From positions 160,001 to 224,000 of the forward strand of contig CAWFCQ010000008.1 of assembly GCA_963814375.1 (NCBI GenBank): a stretch of DNA of 64,000 bases. Direction: 5' to 3'. The notes below the pieces were generated by a model. It ran no database searches. It was not told the origin of the DNA and saw nothing but the letters and a program-made list of their open reading frames with translations. A program made the translations under genes and the position numbers. Shown in pieces: positions 36,507 through 47,851 of the stretch (its first letter is position 1; the number at the start of each line of letters is the position of its first letter). This DNA is from an uncultured Chloroflexia bacterium (GTDB lineage Bacteria > Chloroflexota > Limnocylindria > QHBO01).

Positions 36507-38828
36507 CTAGGTGAGCGCGGCGAGGACCTGGTCCAGGGTCGCGACGATGACCGCCGCCTCGTCCCGGGTGATGCACAGCGGTGGCCGGATCTTGATGGTG
36601 TTGCCGAGGCGGCCGGTGCTGCCTATGAGGACGCCGGCCTCGGCCATCTCGTCCTTGACCCGCGCGGCGAGATCGGTCGCCGGTTCGCGGGTGGCCCGAT
36701 CGCGGACCAGCTCGACGCCGGTCATCAGCCCACGGCCGCGCACGTCGCCGATGACGGGATGGCGCGCAGCGAGATCAGCGAGCGACGCGCGGAGCTCATC
36801 GCCCACGGAGGCGGCGTGCGCAACCAGTCCCTCCTCCTGGATGACGTTGAGGACGGTGAGAGCTGCAGCACAGGCGACGGGATTGCCCCCAAATGTGCTG
36901 AAGAAGGTCGTCCGCGAACCGAGCCGATCGGCGATCTCGGCGCGCGTGATGACCGCGGCGACCGGGTGACCATTCCCCATAGGCTTGCCGAGGGTGACGA
37001 TGTCGGGAACCACGCCCCAGCGGCTGAAGCCCCACAGCTCTCCGGTCCGCCCGTGGCCGGACTGCACCTCGTCCGCGACGAAGAGCGCACCCGCATCGCG
37101 CGCCGCCCCGACGATCCCCGCCACCACGTCCGGCTCCGGCACGAAGATGCCGTCCGCGGTGAAGGTCGAGTCGATGAACAGCGCCGCGGGCCGCCGTCCA
37201 CGGTCGGCTAGGCGTTCGACGGCGCCCGCGACCTCGGCGCGCCCGACCGACGCCGGATCGGCCGCATCGGCGTAGCGGCCGCGGTAGGTGTCGGGAGCCG
37301 CGAAGGTCTCCACGCCGGCGGGCTGCTCGCCGCGCGGCCACTCCGAGGGCGAGAAGTCGGCGATCGCGGCGGTGACGCCGTGGTACGCCCACTCGGTGAC
37401 GAGGCCCGCATCGGCTCCGGTGTAGGTCGTCGCCAGGCGCCAGGCGAGGTCGTTCGCCTCCGAGCCGGAGTTGACGAACATCACCGTGTCGAGGCCGTCG
37501 GGCATCGTCGCCACCAGGCGCTCGGCCAGCTCGACGACGCGCTCGTGCAGATAGCGCGTGTTCGTGTTGAGCGCCGCGGCCTGGCGGGCGATGGCCTCGA
37601 CCACCCGCGGGTGAGCGTGCCCGACCACCGGCACGTTGTTGTAGGCGTCGAGGTAGCGCCGCCCGTCGGCGGCCTCCATCCATGCGCCCGAGGCGCGGAC
37701 CAGGTGAAGCGGACGCCGATAGCTGAGGCCCTCGAGCGCAGAGCCCAGCACGGCGTGCCGTCGGCGGCAGGAGCGAGTCGTCGGGCTCGCGATGCCGGAT
37801 CGGCGCTCGGGCGATCGCCGCCAGCCGGTCTCCCGCCTCGTCAAAGCCGATTGCATCGAGCTGCTCGAGCAGCGCCCACGCCGGCTCGGACCAGGCGTGG
37901 ATGTAGGCGTTGTCGGGGTACTGGCGCGTCCGGAAGGCGCTGATCAGGATCGTCTGCGCCATTCGCCCCGCAAGCAGGTCTCCCAACAGCGCCGCCTCGC
38001 GCTCTTCGAGCGGGATGACCGATGCGTAACCGGCGAGGAACGCATCGGCGACTTCAAAGATGTCGGTGCGGTCGCGGACCAGCGACTGGAGGGTGGCGGG
38101 AACGTCGAGCACGAGCGCGGTGTGGGCCATGTCGCCGAAGTCGATGATCCCGGTCACCCGATGCTCCTCGTCGAGCAGCAGGTTGTCGAGCGTGACGTCG
38201 TTGTGGATCACCTGCGCCCGGAGGCTCGGAAGCACGGGCAGGACCGTCGCCTGAAAGCGCTCGATGACTCGATCGAGCAGTGCGCGCCGCTCGCCGTCCT
38301 CGATCAGCGCGGCGTGCCGGAACAGCAACGGTAGGCGCTGCTGATCCCACAGGATGGTCCGACCGGCCGCGGGATGGAAGAAGCCGCGAAGGGCATGGCC
38401 GAGGCGGCCGACGACCTCACCGATGCCCGCGATGGCGTCGAGGTCGAGCTCCCCGGGCACGGCGTTGCGGCCGGGCATGAGCGGCAGAAGGCGGACGAGG
38501 TGGATCGCCGTTGCCGATCTCCACCGATGAGACTGTCGAGCCATCGAGCGCCGGGACGGCCACCGGCACGGGCAGCCCGGGGTCGACCGCGGCGATGTGC
38601 TCGACCGCGGCCACCTCCATCTCGACCACGCCGCGGTCCTCGACGGCGTTCGAGACCTTCAGGACCCATGCGGCGCCCTCCGCTTCGGTGAGGCGGAAGT
38701 TCTGGTCGCGCTCGCTGACCAGCGCTTCGGCACTCGCGGTCAGGCCGAAGGTGCCGCGGGCAATCTCCTCGGCGTCGCTCTGGCGTGAGCTCAGGCGGCG
38801 CGGCGTCGAGAACGTCGGCGGTCGTCAT
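36507..38828 (-). CDS. fused aminoglycoside-phosphotransferase-like kinase + class III PLP aminotransferase/phospho-lyase; three frameshifts (~38785, ~38505, ~37780)
   Basis: SERDQNFRL...VLKVSN; VIHNDVTLDNLL and IIDFGD (kinase); YLDAYNNVPVVGH, FVNSGSEAND, ADEVQSG, TLGKPMGNG, STFGGNP (class III). Pieces lie in successive frames. Confidence 0.8.
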
Positions 38829-38991
38829 CGGCTCGATCGTAGCGCTCCGCTCGTACCGCGTGACGCGCGCGGGCCGTGCGCTAGAATCGGCACCCGTTAC
38901 CCGCGAACCCGGCCTGCTTCCGCTGACGGAATACGGCGCGTAGAGGCGCCGGCGCATCGCGACGCATCACAGGAGGCACGCAGCGCACCTG

Positions 38992-40260
<1,269 letters not shown>

Positions 40261-40263
40261 CCC

Positions 40264-40869
40264 ATGCTCGATCACGAAGAGCGCTTCCTGTTCCGCGAGG
40301 AGATCCACAACCTCGCCAACGCCCTCGCCGATCCCGGACAGCTCGACAACGTCGAGGATCTCCTGGCCGAGGTCACCACCAGCCCGCGCTTCGACGCCGA
40401 CGTCTTCACGCTCGAGCGCTCGCTCCAGGTGATGCTCGGGGGTCGTGCCGGCTCGACGCTGGTCGGCCTGCTGACTGTGGACCGCGGCGTCTTCGAGGAG
40501 CTCGGCGAGATGGGACTGCCGACGGACGTGCAGGAGCGTCTCGTCTCGTGGCGGGCGCGCTTCGGCCTCGTGATCGACAACGCGCTCAACTTCCTCAACA
40601 ACCCCGACGGCATCCAGGGGCACAACTTCGGCACACAGCTTTCGCACACCGAGGCCGGCCTCACGCTCCAGGGCCGCCTCACCCTGGTCCGCTACAACAA
40701 CGAGCCCCAGTTCTTCATCGCCGATGCCGACGTGCTTTTCTCGGTCGCTGCCGACATGCTCGAGCGCCTCGGCGAGCACCTCGAGCCGGAGATGATCGAC
40801 GCCGACCTCGTCACCCGCCTGCGCGAGGGGGTCGACCTGGTCGAGCGCCGCACGAAGCCCCGCTCCTAG
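40264..40869 (+). CDS. hypothetical protein (acidic, soluble)
   Basis: 201-aa ORF starting 3 nt after gdhA, strong GC3 bias, no recognised motif. Confidence 0.75.
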   Translation: MLDHEERFLFREEIHNLANALADPGQLDNVEDLLAEVTTSPRFDADVFTLERSLQVMLGGRAGSTLVGLLTVDRGVFEELGEMGLPTDVQERLVSWRARFGLVIDNALNFLNNPDGIQGHNFGTQLSHTEAGLTLQGRLTLVRYNNEPQFFIADADVLFSVAADMLERLGEHLEPEMIDADLVTRLREGVDLVERRTKPRS

Positions 40870-40882
40870 TCCCTCGCCCCCC

Positions 40883-41974
40883 ATGCCAGCCAAGCGCGTC
40901 TTCCTTGCGGCCACCGGGCAGAACCGCGGCAAGACGACGATGAGCCTCGGCCTGCTGGCCGCCATCCGTGAGCGCGGCCTGCGTCTCGGATTCGTGAAGC
41001 CGGTCGGCCAGCGCTACCTGGTGGTGGACGGCACCCGCGCCGATGAGGACGCCGTGCTGATGAGCGAGGTCTTCGGCCTGCCCGATGCGCTCAACGACAT
41101 GTCGCCGGTGACGCTGCCGCGCCACTTCACCACCGAGTTCGTCATGGGACGTGTCCACGACGATCTCGAGGCGCAGATCCGCGACGCGGACGCCAGGGTC
41201 GCGGCGGACAAGGACCTCGTCGTCATCGAAGGCACCGGGCATGCCGGCGTCGGGGCCGTGGTCGGCGTGTCGAACGCCCGGGTCGCCGCGCTGCTCGACG
41301 CGCCGGTGATCATCGTCAGCGAGGGGGGCATCGGCCGGCCGATCGACGAGATCGTGCTCAACTGCGCTCTGTTCGCCGCCCACGACGTACGCGTCATCGG
41401 CGCCGTCGTCAACAAGGTCGACGTCGAGTCGCATCCGCACCTGCCGGAGGTGCTCGAGCGCGGGCTGGCTCAGCACGAAATCGACCTGCTCGGCTGCATC
41501 CCGTACTCGGAGTTCCTCGCCAACCCGTCCCTGGAGCTGATCGCGACCCACCTCGAGGGCGAGCTGCTCAGCGGCGAGGCGACGCCCGGCGCCACGATCG
41601 GCTGGGTCGCCATCGGCGCGATGCAGGCGGTCCACGCCGTGGAGCTCCTCCGCGACCGGACGCTCCTCATCACGCCCGGCGACCGCGAGGACCTCCTTCG
41701 CGCCGCGATCGAGGTCAACCGCATCTCGGGCGAACGCCCGCGGGTCATCGGAATCATCCTCACCGGCGGCTTTCGACCACCGGAGCCGGTGCTGGACGCT
41801 CTGCGCCAGGCGGGGATCTTCAGCTTCCTGGTGGCGAGCGATACCTACCGCGCCGCCCAGGCCGTCGACGAGATCCTCGTCAAGACGCATGCCGCCGACA
41901 CCGAGAAGATCTCGACCATCATCGAGCTGGTGGATGGGGCGCTCGACGTCGATGGGCTCCTGGCGCGCCTCTAG
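40883..41974 (+). CDS. phosphotransacetylase N-terminal-like protein (BioD-like AAA + DRTGG, no PTA_PTB catalytic domain)
   Basis: ATGQNRGKT, GFVKPVGQ, VIEGTGH, VVNKV, LITPGDRED, ILTGG. Confidence 0.85.
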   Translation: MPAKRVFLAATGQNRGKTTMSLGLLAAIRERGLRLGFVKPVGQRYLVVDGTRADEDAVLMSEVFGLPDALNDMSPVTLPRHFTTEFVMGRVHDDLEAQIRDADARVAADKDLVVIEGTGHAGVGAVVGVSNARVAALLDAPVIIVSEGGIGRPIDEIVLNCALFAAHDVRVIGAVVNKVDVESHPHLPEVLERGLAQHEIDLLGCIPYSEFLANPSLELIATHLEGELLSGEATPGATIGWVAIGAMQAVHAVELLRDRTLLITPGDREDLLRAAIEVNRISGERPRVIGIILTGGFRPPEPVLDALRQAGIFSFLVASDTYRAAQAVDEILVKTHAADTEKISTIIELVDGALDVDGLLARL

Positions 41975-42013
41975 CGGCGGCTGTCGGCGGCGGGGCTTGG
42001 GCCCGAGAGGCAG

Positions 42014-42056
42014 ACAAAGCGAAGGGAGGCCGGACGTGGGCACCCGCCGGCCTCCC
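42014..42056 (-). terminator. intrinsic terminator
   Basis: Minus strand GGGAGGCCGG-CGGGTGCCCACGT-CCGGCCTCCC-TTCGCTTTGT. Confidence 0.65.
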
Positions 42057-42102
42057 AGCACCTCTGGCGCTCACGGCCGGTGACGGCCGGCGCCTCGGTG
42101 AC
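42014..42102 (-). ncRNA. candidate small structured RNA
   Basis: TATGAT at 42114-42109, then a CACC/GGCGC/CGGCCG hairpin and a terminator hairpin. No start codon at the +1 position. Confidence 0.4.
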
Positions 42103-42165
42103 GGCCGCATCATACGGTGGCGCCCTCCGCGGGCACTAGTACTTTCGAAGCCGAGGATCCGACGC

Positions 42166-43020
42166 TCAGGCCACCGGTGCGTCGAGCGCCATGTTGTCGG
42201 TCAGTCGCGCCCGGCCGATCCACACTGCCAGGAGCGCCAACGACGGCCCGGAGACACGCTGGAGCTCGGCCAGCGAGACCGCGTCACACACGCTGACATA
42301 GTCGATGCGGGCCTTGGGCTCGCCGGCCAGCACATCGGTCATGCGCCAGCGCAGCACCTCCGCCGATCGCTCGCCCGCGTCGAAGGATGCCTTGGCCGCG
42401 TTGAGCGCGTTGTAGAGGCAGGTGGCCGCGTGGCGCTCCTCGATCCCGAGCAGCGCATTCGCGCTCGAAAGGGCAAGCCCGTCGTCATCCCGAACCGTTG
42501 GACAGATGACGAGCTCGAGGTTGATGAACAGGTCGCGCAGCATGCGGCGCACGAGCACGACCTGCTGCGCGTGGCGCTGGCCGAAGTACATCCGCGCCGG
42601 CCCGACGAGGTGGATCAGCTTGAGCATCACCGTGGTCAGGCCATCGAGGTGCCCGGGCCGCGACGCCCCCTCGAGCTGGCGCGTGAGGCCCTCGACCGAG
42701 ACGCGCGTCGTGTCGTCGGGCGGATAGAGGGTGCCGACCTCGGGCAGGAAGGCGATGTCGACCTCGGCATGCTCGAGGAGGGCCAGGTCGCGAAGGTGGT
42801 CGCGCTCGCCGATGTCCGCCTCGTCGAGCGTGCTGAAGGCGTGGGGGTTGACGAACGAGCTGACGACGACGCACCCGTTCTCCTCCCGTGCGCGCCGCAC
42901 GAGCGAGAGCTGGCCGTCGTGGAGCATCCCCATGGTCGGCACGAAGCCGACGCTGTCGCCGGCGATCCGGCGCTCGCGGATCGCGTCTCGCAGCTCGTCC
43001 GCGAAGTGGACGACGATCAC
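42166..43020 (-). CDS. panC: pantoate--beta-alanine ligase homologue with altered active-site motifs
   Basis: GFVPTMGMLHDGQ, SFVNPHAF, LEGASRPGH, YFGQRHAQQ, VRDDDGLALSSAN, RLTDN. GTG overlaps the coaBC stop. Confidence 0.85.
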   Translation of the reverse strand: MIVVHFADELRDAIRERRIAGDSVGFVPTMGMLHDGQLSLVRRAREENGCVVVSSFVNPHAFSTLDEADIGERDHLRDLALLEHAEVDIAFLPEVGTLYPPDDTTRVSVEGLTRQLEGASRPGHLDGLTTVMLKLIHLVGPARMYFGQRHAQQVVLVRRMLRDLFINLELVICPTVRDDDGLALSSANALLGIEERHAATCLYNALNAAKASFDAGERSAEVLRWRMTDVLAGEPKARIDYVSVCDAVSLAELQRVSGPSLALLAVWIGRARLTDNMALDAPVA

Positions 43021-44288
43021 GAACGGCGGCGGCGACGGCCGGGCGAGGCGGCCTCCGTCGCGGGACGGGCGCGACGGTATCGGTCTCCGATGAGGTCCCA
43101 GAGGCGCTCCGCCACCTGGCGCTTGGGGAGCATCGGCCAGTCGGTCAGCGATCCCTCGCCGCCGAAGACGGTCACCTTGTTCTCGTCCGAGCCGATGGCG
43201 TCGAACGGCCCGCCGACGACGTTGCCGACGATGAGGTCGAGCCCCTTGTCGCGCAGCTTGCCAACCGCGTTGGCCTCGAGGTCGTCGGACTCTGCGGCGA
43301 AGCCGATGAGGAAGGGGCGCACGTCCTCGGGCATCTCGCCCACCTCGGCGACGATGTCTGGATTTGGGACGAGCTCGATCTGGATGTTCTCGCCCGAGCG
43401 CTTGATCTTGCGCTGGCTGGCCCGCGCCGGCGCGAAGTCGGCGACCGCCGCGGCCATGACGAGGATGTCGGCCTGGGGAGCGGCCCGCAGCACCGCCTCC
43501 CGCATCGCCTGGGCGGTGGTCGCGTCGACGACCGTGACGCCACGCGGCGGGGTGACGCTCATGGCGCCGGCGACGAGCGTGACGGCGGCACCCCGGTCGC
43601 GCGCCGCCTCGGCGATCGCGGCGCCCATCTTGCCCGACGAGCGATTGCCGATGAAACGCACCGGATCGAGCGGCTCGCGGGTTCCACCGGCGCTGACGAC
43701 GACGTGGAGTCCCTCGAGGTCGCCGGCACGCGCGAAGAGGCGCTCGACCGCCTCGACGATCGTCGGCGGCTCCGCCAGGCGGCCGATCCCGGTCAGGCCG
43801 GAGGCCAGCTCGCCGACCTCGGGCTCGATGACGAGGTAGCCGAACTCCCGCAGCGTGGCGACGTTGCGCTGGGTGGCGGGATGCGTCCACATCCCGGCAT
43901 CCATCGCCGGCGCGACGATGACCGGGGCGCGGCTGGCGCAGGCGATGGCGGTCACGGCGTCGGCCACCAGGCCGGCGGCGAGCTCGCCCAGGAGGTTCGC
44001 AGTGGCCGGGGCGAGGACGATCGCATCGGCCGCCTCCGCCAGCTCGATATGCGCGATCTGCTGGTCGGAGTCGAGCTCGAAGACGTCGTCGAGGACGGGG
44101 CGGTGCGTGAGGCTGGCGAAGGTGAGCGGCCCGACGAAACGCGTGGCGGCGGCGGTCATGGCGACGTCGACGACTGCGCCGCGCTCGGTGAGCAGCCGTA
44201 CCAGGGTGACGGCCTTGTAGGCGGCGATGCTGCCGGAGACGCCGACGACGATGCGCCGCCCGGCGAGCGGCCCGAGGGTCTCGTTCAT
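43017..44288 (-). CDS. coaBC: bifunctional phosphopantothenoylcysteine decarboxylase/synthetase
   Basis: GSIAAYKA, APATAN, PAMD, GGTREPLDPVRFIGNRSSGKMG, AAVADF, GFAAES. Confidence 0.96.
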   Translation of the reverse strand: MNETLGPLAGRRIVVGVSGSIAAYKAVTLVRLLTERGAVVDVAMTAAATRFVGPLTFASLTHRPVLDDVFELDSDQQIAHIELAEAADAIVLAPATANLLGELAAGLVADAVTAIACASRAPVIVAPAMDAGMWTHPATQRNVATLREFGYLVIEPEVGELASGLTGIGRLAEPPTIVEAVERLFARAGDLEGLHVVVSAGGTREPLDPVRFIGNRSSGKMGAAIAEAARDRGAAVTLVAGAMSVTPPRGVTVVDATTAQAMREAVLRAAPQADILVMAAAVADFAPARASQRKIKRSGENIQIELVPNPDIVAEVGEMPEDVRPFLIGFAAESDDLEANAVGKLRDKGLDLIVGNVVGGPFDAIGSDENKVTVFGGEGSLTDWPMLPKRQVAERLWDLIGDRYRRARPATEAASPGRRRRRS

Positions 44289-45112
44289 CGATCGCCCGCC
44301 GCGGCGCGCTCGCGCTCCCGCTCGCGGATCCTCGCCCAGCCGTACTGGATTCCACGCAACGTGAGGTCCTTCTCGACGGCGTCGATCCCCGGCACCTCGG
44401 CCAGCCACGGCTGATGGGTGTAGCCGCCGGTCGCGATCACGGTCACGCGGGCGGTCGCCGGGGAGCGCTCGAGGAGCTCGCCGCGCAGCGCGGTGAGCAG
44501 GCCGCTGACGAGGCCGATGTAGCCGAGCACGGCACCCGACTGCATGGCGTGAACGGTGTTGGCGCCGATGGCGCTCGGTGGCCGCCGAAGCTCGATCCGG
44601 GGCAGCTTGCTGGCCCGTCCCACGAGGGCTTCCAGGCTCAGGCCCATGCCCGGAGCGATGGCCCCGCCGATATACGCCCCGTCGGCGTCGACGAGGTCGA
44701 AGTTCGTGCTCGTGCCCAGGTCGATGACGATCGCCGGCCCCCCGAACTCGGTGCGCGCCGCGAGTGCGTTGGCCAGCCGGTCGGCGCCTGCCTCTGTGGG
44801 CCGATCGATCCGGATCTCGAGGATGCCCTCGAGCGAGGTCGCATCGATGATCGCCGGCTCCAGGCCCACGCGCTCGGTCGCGAGCCTCTCCCAGGTCTCG
44901 GTCAGCGGCGGCACGACGCTGGCGAGGGCGATGGCATCGAGCTCGTCGAGGCGATGGCCGTCGAGCGCGAGGAGGGCGGAGAGCGCGGCGGCCACCTCAT
45001 CGGTGGTGGCATTGGCCCGAGTGATGGCGCGCCAGGAGCGCGCCAGGCGGTCGTCCTCGAAGAGGCCGATGGTGACGTTCGTGTTCCCGATGTCGGCCGC
45101 CAGCAGCTTCAC
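44285..45112 (-). CDS. coaX: type III pantothenate kinase
   Basis: DIGNTN, ASVVP, GADR, IDLGTST, GGAIAPG, ATGG. Confidence 0.95.
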   Translation of the reverse strand: MKLLAADIGNTNVTIGLFEDDRLARSWRAITRANATTDEVAAALSALLALDGHRLDELDAIALASVVPPLTETWERLATERVGLEPAIIDATSLEGILEIRIDRPTEAGADRLANALAARTEFGGPAIVIDLGTSTNFDLVDADGAYIGGAIAPGMGLSLEALVGRASKLPRIELRRPPSAIGANTVHAMQSGAVLGYIGLVSGLLTALRGELLERSPATARVTVIATGGYTHQPWLAEVPGIDAVEKDLTLRGIQYGWARIRERERERAAAGDR

Positions 45113-45202
45113 GGCCGGTATCGTAGCAGCCGCTCTGCGGCGAACCGCCGCACGGAGGACCGGTGCTAGACTCGCCGACGACCCCAGCACAGAGCGAGCC
45201 CG

Positions 45203-45710
45203 ATGTCCGAGGCGCGTGCCAAGCTCTACATCAACACGGGCGTCGTCACCGCCAAGAGTGACATCTACAACATCCTGCGCCCGCTGCTGAAGCAGACCGT
45301 CAGCTATCGGTACTACCGTGGCCAGAAGGTCGAGTCGACCGGGACCGGCTGGGTGGAGCGGATCGTGGTCGATCACCCCGACATCGCCTCCTACTTCACG
45401 CCCCTGGCGATCTGCCTCAACCTCGACTCGTTCGACTATCTCCAGTTCGACACGACCAGCGAGCAGCTGCTGGTCTACACGCTCACGGTCGGCAGCGAGC
45501 GGGTCGTGCTCGAGTTCGCGGCAGGCGGCCAGCCACGGCTCGGGATGGACGACGAGGACGGCGCGCCACAGGACGGGCCGCCGGCCATTGCCACGAAATG
45601 CCGACGAGCTGGCTCGGGACCTGCGCTTCATCCAGATGGAGCTGCTCATGGCAGCCGACCCTGACACGGCCGAGGGAGAGCGTTCGGACGAGGACGAGGA
45701 CGGCGCGTGA
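45203..45710 (+). CDS. hypothetical protein; probable frameshift near 45580
   Basis: Coding-like N-part MSEARAKLYINTG...; acidic C-part ...DLRFIQMELL...DEDGA is in another frame whose stop overlaps the M16 start (GTGA). Confidence 0.6.
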
Positions 45711-47032
45711 CCGCTTCCCCGGCCCGGGCCCGACCGCGTTCGGTTCCCACGCATCGGCGCACCGTGCTGCCGAGCGGGCTCCGAGTGGTGACCCAGGCGA
45801 TGCCGGGCGCACGCTCGGCCAGCGTCGCGATCTTCGTGCCGGTCGGCTCGCGCCACGAGGACGCGGCGCACGCGGGGCTCTCGCACCTGCTGGAGCACCT
45901 CGTCTTCAAGGGGACCCGAGCGCACCCCGAGCCTGGCGCGCTGTCGCAGGTCGTCGAGGGCGTCGGCGGCAGCGTCAACGCCAGCACCGATCGCGAGCTC
46001 ACGGTCTTCAGCTCGAAGGTCCCGGCCGAGCGGCTCGACGTGGCCCTCCACGCGGTGAGCGAGCTCGCCCTTCATCCGATGCTGCGCCGCGCGGACCTGT
46101 CGGCCGAGAAGCCGGTCATCGTCGACGAGATCCGGATGTACGTCGACTCGCCTTCCGATCACGTGTTCACACTCTTCGACGAGCTCATGTACGGCAGCCA
46201 TCCGCTCGGGCGCGAGATCGCCGGAACGATCGGATCCGTGCGGCGGGCGACCCACCGCAACGTGCTCGACCACTGGCGGGCCTCCTATCGTCCGTCGGCC
46301 ATGGTGCTCGCCGTGGCCGGTGCGATCGATCACGAGGCCGTGGTCACCGCGGCGACGCCGTGGCAACCGGAAGGCCCGACACTGAACGGCGGCCCGTCGC
46401 GCCGACCGCCCGTTGCCGCGCCGGCGCCGCAACCCGGTGAGCCGGGCGCCATGCGCGTCTCCTATCGCAGGCTCAGCCAGGGCAACCTGTGCCTCGGCAT
46501 GCCGGGCGTGGCTCGCGACGATGCCGACCGCTGGGCGCTTGACCTGCTCGGCGCCGTCCTCGGCGACGGGATGGGCAGCCGCCTCTTCCTGGAGCTTCGA
46601 GAGCGCCGCTCGCTCGTGTACGACATCTCGACCTTCAGCTCGACCTACTCCGACGCGGGCACCTTCGGCATCCACGCCGGCTTCGCCCCGGAGGACGCGG
46701 AGCCCGTCGTGCGCGCGATCGTCGAGCAGCTCGACCGGATCACCACCGTGGAGGTGTCGCAGGCAGAGCTCGACCGGGCACGGGCCTACACGCGCGGCCG
46801 GCTCGAGCTGCGAATGGAGGACTCGGGCGCCGTGGCAGGCTGGATCGGCACCGGCGAGACGCTGCTCCCGCGCATCCTGCTCGTCGAGGAGGTGATCGAG
46901 CGACTCGATGCCGTCACCACCGCCGACATCCTTCGCGTGGCTCAGCGGCTCATCGCGCCGCCCCAGGCTCGCCTCGCGGTCCTCGGGCCGTTCCGCGCCC
47001 GGCGCCCGTTCGAGCGGGCGCTGAAGTCGTGA
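45707..47032 (+). CDS. M16 family zinc peptidase
   Basis: VGSRHE, SHLLEHLVFKGT (HxxEH), NAST, LGDGMGSRLF, LVY. Confidence 0.95.
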   Translation: MTASPARARPRSVPTHRRTVLPSGLRVVTQAMPGARSASVAIFVPVGSRHEDAAHAGLSHLLEHLVFKGTRAHPEPGALSQVVEGVGGSVNASTDRELTVFSSKVPAERLDVALHAVSELALHPMLRRADLSAEKPVIVDEIRMYVDSPSDHVFTLFDELMYGSHPLGREIAGTIGSVRRATHRNVLDHWRASYRPSAMVLAVAGAIDHEAVVTAATPWQPEGPTLNGGPSRRPPVAAPAPQPGEPGAMRVSYRRLSQGNLCLGMPGVARDDADRWALDLLGAVLGDGMGSRLFLELRERRSLVYDISTFSSTYSDAGTFGIHAGFAPEDAEPVVRAIVEQLDRITTVEVSQAELDRARAYTRGRLELRMEDSGAVAGWIGTGETLLPRILLVEEVIERLDAVTTADILRVAQRLIAPPQARLAVLGPFRARRPFERALKS

Positions 47033-47823
47033 GTGACGCGGACGAGGTCGAAGAGCCGCGCTCGATCGACCTGATCGCCGACGAGCTCGCGCTGGCGCGG
47101 GCCCAGCTCGACGCCGGGCAGCCCGCGCTTGCCGAGGGAACGGTCCGGCGCCGCATGGCGCACCTCGAGGCCGACGGGGCCGACGCGAACGAGGAGACCG
47201 ACGCGCTGCGCGTCCAGCTGGCCGAGTCACTGTGGCGGCAGGGACGGCCTCTTGCGGCCCGCACGGCGCTCGAGTCCACACGCCCCGGCAGCTCGCAGCG
47301 GCGTCTGCCGATCGCGATCCTCATCGATGCCGAGACGCTCGCGGCCGTCGGTGAGATGGACCGCGCGGCCGGCGCACAGGAGCGGCTGCTGGCCGCGATC
47401 GGGCCGGACGAGGCGTTCGAGCTGCGCGGCGGCGTGCCCGGACGCCTGGCATGGCCGCTGCCGGCCGCCCTGCGTCCCGAGCCCGCGGTGGCGCAGCGAG
47501 CACCGTGGGTCGATGCGCAGGACGACGCCGAGCCGGAGCCGGCCGTCGGCGAGGACGCGCGCGTCACGGCGGGCCGAGAGCGGATGGAGAGCGCGCGGGT
47601 CGCGTACGTGGCCGGCGATCTCGAGCGTGGCGACACCGACATGTCGCTCGCCGTTCGCCTCGACGCCAGCCTCGCCGGCGACGGCGTGGCGATCCTCGAG
47701 CCCACCCTCGGCGGCCAGCCCACTCCGGAGCGTCTGCTACTCTACGGCGACCTGCTGCGAGCCGCCGGGCGCGAGGTCGAGGCCGACCGAGCCGTCGACC
47801 GCGCCGCGCAGCGGCAGGACTGA
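47029..47823 (+). CDS. hypothetical alpha-helical (TPR-like) protein
   Basis: Helical repeats such as LAESLWRQGR and LYGDLLRAAGR; coupled to the M16 gene. Confidence 0.6.
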   Translation: MSDADEVEEPRSIDLIADELALARAQLDAGQPALAEGTVRRRMAHLEADGADANEETDALRVQLAESLWRQGRPLAARTALESTRPGSSQRRLPIAILIDAETLAAVGEMDRAAGAQERLLAAIGPDEAFELRGGVPGRLAWPLPAALRPEPAVAQRAPWVDAQDDAEPEPAVGEDARVTAGRERMESARVAYVAGDLERGDTDMSLAVRLDASLAGDGVAILEPTLGGQPTPERLLLYGDLLRAAGREVEADRAVDRAAQRQD

Positions 47824-47851
47824 TCCCACCGAACCAGGAGACGGCCTCGTC

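Noticed and set aside
38882-38991. Structured 5' UTR of gdhA (TTCCG/CGGAA and GGCGC/GCGCC hairpins) as a glutamine riboswitch
   Set aside because: Only superficial resemblance; I cannot match the glnA-motif core by eye. An Rfam scan would settle it.
43780-43910. CoaBC has GELASG (Ser for the catalytic Cys of GxLACG) and PAMD instead of PAMN
   Set aside because: From recall, this Ser/Asp variant occurs widely in other phyla such as Bacteroidota, so it is not evidence of inactivation. Worth an alignment check only in connection with the PanC finding.
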